This document shows, piece by piece, positions 20,322 to 28,940 of a stretch of DNA of 39,467 nt. This DNA is from a virus (taxonomy: Duplodnaviria; Heunggongvirae; Uroviricota; Caudoviricetes), in the IMG/VR virus record IMGVR_UViG_2706794683_000014. One strand, written 5' to 3'. The translations under genes were made by a program, and so were the position numbers. Below the pieces are notes generated by a model. It made no database searches. It was not told the DNA's origin and saw nothing but the letters and a program-made list of their open reading frames with translations. Each line of letters opens with the position of its first letter. The stretch's first letter is position 1.

Positions 20322-20717
20322 CTAACCTCGCATGTCAAAGCCAGATTTCTGAAAATCTCTGTAGACTTCCGGATTGTTGAAGGCCGGAAATTTGGCTTTA
20401 TGAGCTGCGGACTTTATCGCTTCGCAATAGGCTTTATCACCGTTACTGGTAGATATTTTTAACGCCGTGCCATCCTGAGAGAATTCCATATGCAACCTGC
20501 ATTTTTTCCCTTTCCAGTTATGCGGCTCATCAAGTTTGGCATTAATTGCAGCTCTGATTCCCCGCGCTTGCGCCCCCCATTCATCCTGATCATCCCAGCG
20601 TCCTGAACTGCAACTACCTGTAGCAGTAGTTTTGTGGCAATCTGAAGGGTGTAAAGGTGTGCATCCCGCAACAAAACCGACCCAAAAAGTCAACATAACG
20701 ATTTTCTTTAATCCCAC
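20322..20717 (-). CDS. Lipoprotein with TolA domain-III-like C-terminus (diverged paralog)
   Basis: Signal peptide plus lipobox FVAGC-T; C-terminal region alignable to the neighbouring paralog and to TolA domain III (…GKKCRLHMEF…GDKAYCEAIKSAAHKAKFPAFNNPEVYRDFQ…). Confidence 0.7.
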   Translation of the reverse strand: MGLKKIVMLTFWVGFVAGCTPLHPSDCHKTTATGSCSSGRWDDQDEWGAQARGIRAAINAKLDEPHNWKGKKCRLHMEFSQDGTALKISTSNGDKAYCEAIKSAAHKAKFPAFNNPEVYRDFQKSGFDMRG

Positions 20718-20867
20718 TTCTTGCTCCTCAATCCATTAAAATCTCAGCAATAGTAGTTGTTACGTCCGCCACTGGCTCAGAGCTGACTATCCGCTAAATT
20801 TAGCTCAGTGCCGTAGCTGTGTCAGAACAAACCTAAGCCGAAACCGTTTATTACAAAACAATAAATA

Positions 20868-21296
20868 TCAGGGTTTAAAATCCAGCACCCCATTTTGAAA
20901 TACTTTATATACTTCCGGCGAAGGGGGGGCAGGTATATCAGCATTCTTTATCGCATTCATCGCTTCACGACATAAATCGAGGTCTCCACTTTCTCTTTTA
21001 ACCTCCAGTAGAAGGCCATTCGGGGCCATATGCATTCTCAGTGTACACTCTTTTCCTGAATACTTACTCGCATCCCCGAACTGTTTTTCGATGGCGCTCT
21101 TGATTTGATGGGCATACAGACGGATATCCTCACTAACATCAGAAGTACGTTCAGATGAACTCACATACTGTGTCTCTATTGCTTTATCGGAGTAATATGA
21201 TGTACGGTCATGATAATTTGTCGATACAGCATCAGTGCACCCGATAATAATCCCACTAATAATCAACGTAAGAATTGATGCGCTACGAAAACCCAT
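20868..21296 (-). CDS. Lipoprotein with TolA domain-III-like C-terminus
   Basis: Lipobox IIGC-T; C-terminal YAHQIKSAIEKQFGDASKYSGKECTLRMHMAPNGLLLEVKRESGDLDLCREAMNAIKNADIPAPPSPEVYKVFQNGVLDFKP closely parallels the recalled E. coli TolA C-terminus (YAGQIKSAIESKFYDASSYAGKTCTLRIKLAPDGMLLDIKP...AVYEVFKNAPLDFKP). Confidence 0.75.
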   Translation of the reverse strand: MGFRSASILTLIISGIIIGCTDAVSTNYHDRTSYYSDKAIETQYVSSSERTSDVSEDIRLYAHQIKSAIEKQFGDASKYSGKECTLRMHMAPNGLLLEVKRESGDLDLCREAMNAIKNADIPAPPSPEVYKVFQNGVLDFKP

Positions 21297-21884
21297 TTTT
21301 CCTCACATATGTCATATAGTAAAGGATTATATATACCGTTGTTTTGGACGCTCAAACAGCGAATCAGATCAAATAAAACGCACATTTGTTAACATTTACA
21401 CAAAGTCTGCGTGGGATATTCTGAAAGAATATCCATAATGTGGAGAGAATCTATTGAAGTGCATGGTGCCGGGTGCCTCCCGGTGAACAAAATGTTCGTG
21501 ATACCTGTCGGCGACAGAAAAGGTTAATGGTATCACCCCACCGCACAGGGGGATTCACCATGCAGGAGTTTTCTTAGCAAACTCACTGCGCGCCCGGCAA
21601 CTCCCAACCACATAAAATGCGGAGTTTGTGGCATTTATGCATATAACTCGCAGGAATTATCTTAAAAAACTGATGTCGATCCGGATTAAAAAGAAGCAGG
21701 TCATCATCAGATGACTGGAAAAAAGGAAAACAAAAAATACTCATCATACAGTTTTGATTGCAGGGATGAGCCTGCTATGCACAATATGCAGAATATAAGC
21801 AAGATAAAAATATGCAGGCATATTATTTCGGATCTTGTTATTAACACAACCTTTTTAATAATCATTTGGCATACAATAAACCAG

Positions 21885-21913
21885 CCCAAAAAGAACCGCC
21901 TAAACAGGCGGTT
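21885..21913 (-). terminator. Intrinsic terminator-like hairpin in the late leader region
   Basis: Minus strand AACCGCCTGTTTAGGCGGTT followed by CTTTTTGGG. Confidence 0.4.
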
Positions 21914-22233
21914 GGTCAATACAAAGGATGCTTCGTCTTTATTATAGTAATCTGAGGCGTCGGGTGTCTTGTATCAGACAACATATTGTCCCGCTAAACA
22001 GCGAATTACAAACCACCCTGCAATGATCTCTCATCTCATTTTATATGAGTTGACGACATCAGGATAACGCATCATCAGCCCCTGCCAAGAAATATCAAAA
22101 CTCCCGCCAGCAATGTGTTATCACAATATTGTAAAAAAAACACAGCACCGAAACTATAACTGGTCTCTGTTATAATTTGGAGCAGAAAGACCAGTTGCCC
22201 AACTAGCAGCATTCTCCCCTGCTTTCCTGACGT

Positions 22234-22260
22234 AAAAAAACCGCATTAAGCGGTTTTTTT
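22234..22260. terminator. Bidirectional intrinsic terminator; candidate tR-prime of the late operon
   Basis: AAAAAAACCGC-ATTAA-GCGGTTTTTTT: GC stem flanked by an A-run and a T-run, about 80 nt downstream of the Q stop. Confidence 0.6.
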
Positions 22261-22264
22261 ACGA

Positions 22265-22340
22265 TGTCCATGTCTGCAATCCGCCTCGCGATACAGCTTT
22301 GCGAAGCATAGCAAAATTGAAGCAGTTTATACGTAAGAAA
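22265..22340 (-). promoter_or_regulatory. Candidate late promoter (pR-prime) region just downstream of Q
   Basis: TATAAA -10-like hexamer at 22326..22331 (minus strand) a few nt after the Q stop, followed by the terminator; no clear -35, so this rests on position. Confidence 0.3.
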
Positions 22341-22883
22341 TCAAGCCATTTTCTCAGCAAATGATTCACGCATGGGAATATATAGGGCATACTCAGCAAC
22401 AGCTAACCAATTAGCAATCCGTTTTTCGCATGTGCTAAAACACCACTCTGGGTGTGCATCATTTAGCAATTCAGCCATTTTGCGCTTAGTCATCCCCCGC
22501 CCTTCATAGCGTTGCCGGAGAATGCAAATCAATCCTGGATGCTCTGCCAGCACCTCACTTATGACTCGATCAATACATAACGCCTCTGCATCAGTACAAT
22601 GCGCCAGCCAGCTCTTTTGCTTGCCGTTGATCATCTCTCGCAAAAACGCTTCCAGCTCAGCTTTCTCTATTCCCGCTTTTTTCATTCTGCGCAGGGCTTC
22701 ATTAATGGCTGTTTTCGTCAGTTTTTTGGATGCCAACAACTGATTGAACATATTCCCTGACCTGCCACCGCCAATATACGACCAGCGCCCCCACATACGT
22801 AGTTTTCCCTGAATCCAGACACTTTCCAGCGTGGTGAGGCGAAGGTGTTCTCCGCTTTTTCCTGTATTCGTTGGGTAAATCAT
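22341..22883 (-). CDS. Late-gene antiterminator Q-like protein
   Basis: 180 aa ORF immediately upstream of the promoter/terminator pair and the lysis genes; tryptophan-rich motif WIQGKLRMWGRW reminiscent of Q-family proteins. Confidence 0.55.
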   Translation of the reverse strand: MIYPTNTGKSGEHLRLTTLESVWIQGKLRMWGRWSYIGGGRSGNMFNQLLASKKLTKTAINEALRRMKKAGIEKAELEAFLREMINGKQKSWLAHCTDAEALCIDRVISEVLAEHPGLICILRQRYEGRGMTKRKMAELLNDAHPEWCFSTCEKRIANWLAVAEYALYIPMRESFAEKMA

Positions 22884-23170
22884 AAATGACCTTTCTTTCT
22901 CCAGATTTCTTGTGTGCGAAAAACCCCTTCAGCATGCATCAGGCGCAATTCTTCTTTGGTGTAATCGCTGGTTTTTACCCGCCCGTCGATTAGATCGTGG
23001 CATGAGCTACAGGCTATCGCCGCCTGCATATCATGTGGTTTTGTCGCTGTTCCGCACGTCCCCGCCAGCCTGTAATGCGCCAGCACAGAGGTTTCGGGAT
23101 TGTGATTGCAGTAGCCAGGGATTCTGATCTGGCACATCTGGCCTTTAGCCGCTTTACGTAAATTCACCAT
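22880..23170 (-). CDS. Cysteine-rich nin-region protein (DUF1364 / YbcO-like, probably zinc-binding)
   Basis: 96 aa ORF with several spaced cysteines and histidines (C..C...C...CSSCH); position just upstream of Q; family name from memory. Confidence 0.5.
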   Translation of the reverse strand: MVNLRKAAKGQMCQIRIPGYCNHNPETSVLAHYRLAGTCGTATKPHDMQAAIACSSCHDLIDGRVKTSDYTKEELRLMHAEGVFRTQEIWRKKGHL

Positions 23171-23769
23171 TACGCAAACTCCAGTAGTTGTGCGGCCACA
23201 TTTTCAACTTCCTCCTGAGAGGAGAATTTACGGAACAGAATCCAGTTCCACAGCACATTCAGTACAGATTTATAAACCTGCTGAAACTCGACTTCGTCCA
23301 TATTCGCAAAAGCGATGGATTTTGCCCGACGCCCACGGCTACCGTCCGGATAAATATGCTCGGTGTAAAATCCGGCCTGAATGGTTACCCACTCGCGGAA
23401 AGCCTCAAACGACTTTAGCAACGCCGTATCCCGGGTTCTACGAGTCGCAACGGTGTTAAGGTATTGCTCTGCGGCATCACTCAGGGCTGGCGTGTGTTCC
23501 CGACCAACTGATTCGCACAGGTAATCAACGAAACCAGACAGCAGTTCTCGTTCGCGAGGCGTGATCGCCCCACCGACCGGAGTCCAGTAATCGAATCCCA
23601 GTTGCAGGAGTTTGAAAAAACGCTTGTGGAATGCGTAGTTACGCACACGCTTAAAGTCTGCGTGTATCCACTCACCTATTTTGATTTGATGCAGAAAATC
23701 GCAACTCTCCGGCGTCGCCGGGAGAAGTAAACCAGAAGAGGTTTGTTTGACCAGTTGTATATGCGCCAT
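23170..23769 (-). CDS. Conserved lambdoid nin-region protein (DUF1367-like)
   Basis: 199 aa ORF translationally coupled to the downstream gene; family name from memory only. Confidence 0.45.
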   Translation of the reverse strand: MAHIQLVKQTSSGLLLPATPESCDFLHQIKIGEWIHADFKRVRNYAFHKRFFKLLQLGFDYWTPVGGAITPRERELLSGFVDYLCESVGREHTPALSDAAEQYLNTVATRRTRDTALLKSFEAFREWVTIQAGFYTEHIYPDGSRGRRAKSIAFANMDEVEFQQVYKSVLNVLWNWILFRKFSSQEEVENVAAQLLEFA

Positions 23770-24049
23770 TTCTCAATCTCTCGATGGCGCAGCGCAGCAG
23801 ATGCCAGTTGTTCAGGCTGACGAATAAAGTATAAATAAACTGGCTATGGTGTAAAGCCCCACATAGCATGAACAAACACTACATATCAAATAGCTGGTAC
23901 AAGGATAGAAATACGACACTTATTATTAAAAACGATTAGATAAATTACATTTTAATGTTATGCAAAAGTTCTTTTTTATCATAACATTTCAATAAAAGCA
24001 TTACAGATGCAATCATCCCGTCATCATCAATTATTTAAGGTGGTTAAAC

Positions 24050-24136
24050 ATGGAAAATAACAAGTTCGCACATCTCGCTCCTTTTTTATCCGTAATCCTT
24101 TTCGCTTGTTGTTTTATATGGGCATTATTTTTATAA
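24050..24136 (+). CDS. Possible small hydrophobic protein (28 aa)
   Basis: AAGGTGG Shine-Dalgarno 7 nt before the ATG; MENNKFAHLAPFLSVILFACCFIWALFL is a single predicted transmembrane helix; lies in an AT-rich intergenic stretch. Confidence 0.25.
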   Translation: MENNKFAHLAPFLSVILFACCFIWALFL

Positions 24137-24527
24137 AGTAGCCACATGATAAGTTGCTGGAATCATATTTCCCACTCAAGTCATTAACATTTGATAAGAT
24201 ATATCTAAAAGGACGCCTTTACATTATTTATGCGTATATAATTTATTTATATACACAGTAAAGGTATCCTGGGAAAATATTTATCGTTAAAAAATACATC
24301 ATAAATAATTAAGCTGAAATTTCAGAACACAACTAATACACACAATAAGGTTCAGTAACAGTAATCTATGTGGACTACATCGAGATTTTTTGATTAAACT
24401 TTAATAACTTATTCCTAACACACAGAATGCATAAACTAAAAGTAAAACAAATAGTTATACGAAAAACAACCATATTTATTCTATCTTCTCCTCTAATCAA
24501 CATATCAATTATGTGTTTCATAACAGC

Positions 24528-24569
24528 TTGACATAACCCTCCAAAAGATGCATTTTTAATGCATGTTTT
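24528..24569 (+). promoter_or_regulatory. Promoter with an NsrR-like inverted-repeat operator upstream of the yeaR-like gene
   Basis: Perfect TTGACA at 24528..24533, then AAGATGCATTT-T-TAATGCATGTT (24545..24567), a 9/11-matching inverted repeat resembling the recalled NsrR consensus. Confidence 0.4.
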
Positions 24570-24582
24570 GGAGGAGGTGGTT

Positions 24583-24921
24583 ATGACACACAAGAGAATT
24601 CCTAAAGATTGGGTAATCAAACGCTCAACTCCGTTCTTCACAAAAGAGAACGTACCTTCAGCGTTATTAACACATCATAATACAGCAGCAGGTGTTTTTG
24701 GGCAGTTGTGCGTAATGGAAGGCACTGTAACATATTATGGTTTTACTGATGAGAATGCTACTGAACCGGAGATAAAAGTAGTCATTAATGCTGGCGCTTT
24801 TGCAACAAGCCCACCACAATACTGGCACCGTGTTGAACTAAGCGATGATGCTCAGTTTAATATTAACTTTTGGGTCGCTCCAGACTTTTCGGGCGAAAAA
24901 GTCTATAGCACCAAAAAATAG
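24583..24921 (+). CDS. YeaR-like protein (DUF1971 family)
   Basis: GGAGGAGG Shine-Dalgarno before the ATG at 24583; 112 aa product resembles recalled E. coli YeaR; opposite strand to the phage operons; AT-rich. Confidence 0.65.
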   Translation: MTHKRIPKDWVIKRSTPFFTKENVPSALLTHHNTAAGVFGQLCVMEGTVTYYGFTDENATEPEIKVVINAGAFATSPPQYWHRVELSDDAQFNINFWVAPDFSGEKVYSTKK

Positions 24922-24950
24922 ATGATCATATTAAAAATGCTTTAACAGTC

Positions 24951-24988
24951 AGACCCGGCAGGGCTATCCCCGACGGGTCTCATTTTTG
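24951..24988 (+). terminator. Putative intrinsic terminator after the yeaR-like gene
   Basis: GACCCG...CGGGTC stem followed by TCATTTTTG. Confidence 0.4.
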
Positions 24989-25541
24989 TAAATATATTGG
25001 TTCTACATTGACAGGAGACTTCAACCATAAGAAGTAATCTGAATACTTGAGCAATAAATTTACTTAAGATTAATGAGCGCACCTTGCCGGACAAAGATAA
25101 ACCAAGGTAACACCTTTTTTCTAGCCAGTATGTAATCAATCAGAAAGCCGCTCCATAAGAACAACAGCAAGACAATAAATTGCCATTACAGCCGCAATAG
25201 CCAGCGCACATTTGAGAACCAGCACGACAACCCCCTGTATTAGACGCACACCAGTCCTGATAAATATGAGGCTGTCTCGTCAGTGATTCAATACAACTAT
25301 TGGGTATAGTTTCTGTGATTTTATTCTGTAGAAATGGAACACAACAACCAGTCACCACCAGCACTTCCTTAAATGCTCTAAGTCAGAAACAAGCCAACAT
25401 TTTAGTCCGCTTTGAGCGATCTGCAGACATTGCTAGCAGCCTTCTGTGTGAATTCTCAGGGAGCAGGTCGGCATAGCATCACGTTGAGGCTCTTACCCTA
25501 CTTGTTCACACCAACCCTAACTCCACAGACTGATTCATAAA

Positions 25542-26543
25542 TTAGTAATCTGCGTGTTTCGCACTTTTCAGAAATGCTTTCATATTTTCATTAGGTCGCT
25601 CAATTTCGAAGTTACTTCCATATAACTCTTGTAATTTTGGCCATAACTTACTTAATAACCCTCTCCTGCGATAAAATGGATGTATCCAAACGGTAGATAG
25701 GTACGGAGAATTTGCATTTGAATTGTTTATTGTGACCAGCCCAACTAAACATTGTCGATAACCACTATTATCCATTGATTGTATTTCTTCGACGAATGGA
25801 TACGCGATTACATCAGTCCAACCATGATCGGTTGTATCCCATTGCATTCCGTCATGACATTCCTTCGACTGATAGCGGCGTAAAGCTACACACGCGAGCT
25901 TTTGCCAATCTGGAGAATTAATTGTGATCTCTTCATCGTATGACGCGCCTATTGGAGCGGGTATTGGTCTGATTAATCCAGCATGGCATTCATCATAGAA
26001 CTTCATGTTTCCCTCAGAAACGTTGTGTACGTTGGGTTGCTCCATGTGTGCGCCATTCAAAAATAGCTCTGATAGTAGTGTATCTACACTGTAATCTTTA
26101 TTGATTATTGTCGGCTTAGAGTTTTTCTTATTAAGGCCGCGAGTAACGATTTTTTGATCAATGTTAACAACATGGAATAATCCGTCGGGGAGGCTAGCGA
26201 ACCACGATGGGGCATCGGACCAGAATAGCATGCCTTTTGTACTTCTTAAGAGTTTAATTAAGTTAATACAAGCTTCTTCACTAGTCTTGCCGTTGATGCG
26301 AAGTATGTTAGGACTAAAGTAATATTCATCCATATCAGGGAATGCAGCTTCGCAAAACTCCTGTACATAATTTAGCACCTGGATTCTACAGAGATCATCA
26401 TAGCTGGTAATAACTAAGGGGGTATCTTCATTACTATTATGATTATCAATAATGCAATCTATAGCGAGACTTACTGCTTTGCGTATCACTTCAGTTGAAT
26501 CTAACGACTCTAAAAATTTTGTCTTTCGTGTGCGAATATCCAT
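25542..26543 (-). CDS. Hypothetical protein with a C-terminal GNAT acetyltransferase-like motif (cassette gene 2)
   Basis: 333 aa ORF; C-terminal ...LVGLVTINN...STVWIHPFYRRRGLLSKLWPKLQELYG resembles GNAT motif A; N-terminal ~220 aa unrecognised; AT-rich; starts 16 nt after the upstream gene stop. Confidence 0.6.
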   Translation of the reverse strand: MDIRTRKTKFLESLDSTEVIRKAVSLAIDCIIDNHNSNEDTPLVITSYDDLCRIQVLNYVQEFCEAAFPDMDEYYFSPNILRINGKTSEEACINLIKLLRSTKGMLFWSDAPSWFASLPDGLFHVVNIDQKIVTRGLNKKNSKPTIINKDYSVDTLLSELFLNGAHMEQPNVHNVSEGNMKFYDECHAGLIRPIPAPIGASYDEEITINSPDWQKLACVALRRYQSKECHDGMQWDTTDHGWTDVIAYPFVEEIQSMDNSGYRQCLVGLVTINNSNANSPYLSTVWIHPFYRRRGLLSKLWPKLQELYGSNFEIERPNENMKAFLKSAKHADY

Positions 26544-26558
26544 GTATGACCTGCGCTA

Positions 26559-27581
26559 TTAAAATTCATGAATGAACGGTTTGTCATCTGGTTGCAAAAT
26601 GGTGGTTTTATTCGTTGCTACATTTAAACTGTTGTAGAGCATAATTGCCAGGTTCGATGCATTTTCAATCAGCGTTTCAAGATCCTGGTCTGTAATCACT
26701 ACGAGGTTCCCTTCTTTATCCTTTCCACCACGATGCACTAAGTGATTTCGATTGAGGGTTGCCAATTCAATAGCTTCTATCGGACAGTCTTTTTGTACTT
26801 TTATATCGAATGTAGCTTCATAGCGGTCGATTACCTTTTTAGTGCTATGCCAGCTTGCACTGATCAAGTGTTCCTTGATTGACCTGATTAGCTCTCCCCT
26901 AATTTTCTCGATGGGTTCACCCTTGAAAGGCAACGCAGCAATATCTTTGCTTACTTTAAATTCAGTCTTACCTTTTTCTATACAATTGGCTATGTAGACA
27001 TCATCTTTCTCTATAGAATTAATGAATAGCTCAACATAAAGCGTTTCCAAAGCTGTAATAACATTCGTGTAGAGCAAACTAAGCAAGTGGTTTTTTTGCT
27101 GTTGTTCAGTTTTATCTTTTGCAAGTTTTTTTATTTTATCGATATTATCAATGAATTTTAAATACGGATTACCGGAAGACGTTACAGCGTCGTAGATATC
27201 ATCATCGTACCAATCATCTATATTATTTGAGTTTCCAGACCAGTCAAAACATTGTGTTTGTAATTCATCTACTAATTCCTCAATATACTCAGATTTAACA
27301 TATTGACCGAAGATGGATTGTAGTTCTTCGCTCGCATCATACGGCCCGCCATATATGTAAGCATAGCCACCTTCTCTACTTTCATACGGACAAGCATTTG
27401 CCGGATCTTCAAAGTTTTCAAAGAACCAGTTTTTCATTACTTCGAGTTGATCTTTTTTGCTTATGTATTTTAAAGATTTTAGTGGAACTTTCTTTCCATT
27501 AACCTCGAAAACAATTTTCACGATGTAACGCTCCCTTGTATCAATTGCGCAACTATTATACCACAGCGAAATACAGGGCAT
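26559..27581 (-). CDS. Hypothetical protein with an R-x4-H (HEPN-like) motif near the C-terminus (cassette gene 1)
   Basis: AAGGAGG Shine-Dalgarno 6 nt before the ATG at 27581 (MPCISLWYNSC...), 340 aa; C-terminal ATLNRNHLVHRGGKD contains R-x4-H; AT-rich; no recognisable phage-core homology. Confidence 0.6.
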   Translation of the reverse strand: MPCISLWYNSCAIDTRERYIVKIVFEVNGKKVPLKSLKYISKKDQLEVMKNWFFENFEDPANACPYESREGGYAYIYGGPYDASEELQSIFGQYVKSEYIEELVDELQTQCFDWSGNSNNIDDWYDDDIYDAVTSSGNPYLKFIDNIDKIKKLAKDKTEQQQKNHLLSLLYTNVITALETLYVELFINSIEKDDVYIANCIEKGKTEFKVSKDIAALPFKGEPIEKIRGELIRSIKEHLISASWHSTKKVIDRYEATFDIKVQKDCPIEAIELATLNRNHLVHRGGKDKEGNLVVITDQDLETLIENASNLAIMLYNSLNVATNKTTILQPDDKPFIHEF

Positions 27582-27796
27582 AACCTGCCTCCTTAAACTA
27601 ACATACCATGAGCCAGCAATGTCCGCTATTGGCACAAAGCGGACAACCACGCTAGCTCTCCCCTGTGCCAGAAAAATGTCAATTTACATATGAACTAATG
27701 CTCTTTGATCTAGTAACGTCTATAAATACCGAAGATTTCCTTGATAAAATGCCAGTACACGTTTCATAACTTCACTCTTCCGGCACTCGCGACAGA

Positions 27797-28156
27797 TTAT
27801 GTTCTGACGCCTGTCATAGCGGCGTATTTCTCCGTCTGGTAATGACCAGATAANNNNNNNNNNNNNNNNNNNNNNNNNNNNNNNNNNNNNNNNNNNNNNN
27901 NNNNNNNNNNNNNNNNNNNNNNNNNNNNNNNNNNNNNNNNNNNNNNNNNNNNNNNNNNNNNNNNNNNNNNNNNNNNNNNNNNNNNNNNNNNNNNNNNNNN
28001 NNNNNNNNNNNNNNNNNNNNNNNNNNNNNNNNNNNNNNNNNNNNNNNNNNNNNNNNNNNNNNNNNNNNNNNNNNNNNNNNNNNNNNNNNNNNNNNNNNNN
28101 NNNATTTTTTCACGCTCTTCCTGTGTAAAAACTTTTGCCATAAGCGCCTCCGGCAA
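27797..28156 (-). CDS. Hypothetical nin-region protein, interior masked by N
   Basis: Start overlaps the stop of the upstream gene (MPEALMAKVFTQEEREK...), C-terminus ...LSGHYQTEKYAAMTGVRT; frame continuity across the N run is assumed. Confidence 0.3.
   Translation of the reverse strand: MPEALMAKVFTQEEREKXXXXXXXXXXXXXXXXXXXXXXXXXXXXXXXXXXXXXXXXXXXXXXXXXXXXXXXXXXXXXXXXXXXXXXXXXXXXXXXXXXXXLSGHYQTEKYAAMTGVRT
27854..28103. other. Masked/undetermined sequence (250 N)
   Basis: Run of n in the input. Confidence 1.
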
Positions 28157-28918
28157 TCACTTTTCCGACACAATACGACTGGAGGAATCGACAATCTGTC
28201 GGACAATATCCCGGTGCTTGTTCAGCTCCCGCAGCGCGGCGCAGACTCGCTCCCACTTCTGGACATGATTTTTCGCCCGACGCAGTTCGCGGTTTGCCAT
28301 ATGCAGCGATGGTAAAACTAGGTCATCCGCTTGCGTTTCAGTAAACGATGGCAGCGACTGCACAATGTCCGCCACAGTTTCTGTTTTAATATCTTCCTGT
28401 GTTGCCGCTTCCTGTACTGGTAACGCAACACCGGCTGGCTGAGGAAAGGCTTTACCATCAGTTTCCGCTACCGATGCAGCTTTCGGCTCTGCTGGTAAAT
28501 TATCGCCCGGCATGCAGTAACGAAATTTACTGTTCTGGTTTACGCGAATCAGGCGTCCTTTGCTGATTGCCATTGCCAGCGTTGAAGCAACTTTGCGGGA
28601 TGTTGTACCGAACAGCGTAGCCAGTTCATCCGCCGTTTGTGGTCCGCGTTGTTCAATCGTCGCGGTTAAATCGCACTCTGAGATTTTCACTACAGTTGCC
28701 GTGGTGGTTTCTTCCGGCAGTTCTGCCTGCATTGGCTGTTCCTGCTGAACGTTGTTATCAGCCACACGCCAGGTGTACGCGCTTTTATCAACGAAACCAG
28801 CTTTTTTCAGTTCCCATAGTTCGTTCAGCACTTCTTCACGACTGATATCAAGTCGCGCAGCAAGTTCTATGGATGTGGCTTTTCCCATTGCTTTCAGTGC
28901 GTCAAAAACAGTCTCCAT
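28157..28918 (-). CDS. Hypothetical protein with N-terminal winged-helix-like domain
   Basis: GGAGG Shine-Dalgarno 8 nt before the ATG at 28918 ([43 protein letters not shown]...); downstream of the DnaC-like gene. Confidence 0.6.
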   Translation of the reverse strand: METVFDALKAMGKATSIELAARLDISREEVLNELWELKKAGFVDKSAYTWRVADNNVQQEQPMQAELPEETTTATVVKISECDLTATIEQRGPQTADELATLFGTTSRKVASTLAMAISKGRLIRVNQNSKFRYCMPGDNLPAEPKAASVAETDGKAFPQPAGVALPVQEAATQEDIKTETVADIVQSLPSFTETQADDLVLPSLHMANRELRRAKNHVQKWERVCAALRELNKHRDIVRQIVDSSSRIVSEK

Positions 28919-28940
28919 AAAAATTTCCTCCCGGTAAAAA

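Noticed and set aside
21460-21560. Possible tRNA gene downstream of Q, as seen in some lambdoid phages
   Set aside because: No cloverleaf: no GTTCRANYC T-loop and no acceptor stem with discriminator-CCA could be found by eye. Retained only as a structured segment within the late-leader finding.
21707-21919. 70-aa hydrophobic minus-strand ORF in the late leader
   Set aside because: Its TTG start lies inside the terminator hairpin at 21885..21913; likely a chance open frame in AT-rich sequence.
25140-25364. Cysteine-rich 74-aa minus-strand ORF (…CAGYCGCNGNLLSCCC…) downstream of the GNAT-like gene
   Set aside because: Starts at GTG with an AAGGAA directly abutting it (no spacer); low-complexity composition; no supporting context. 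Treated as spurious, though a small peptide cannot be excluded.
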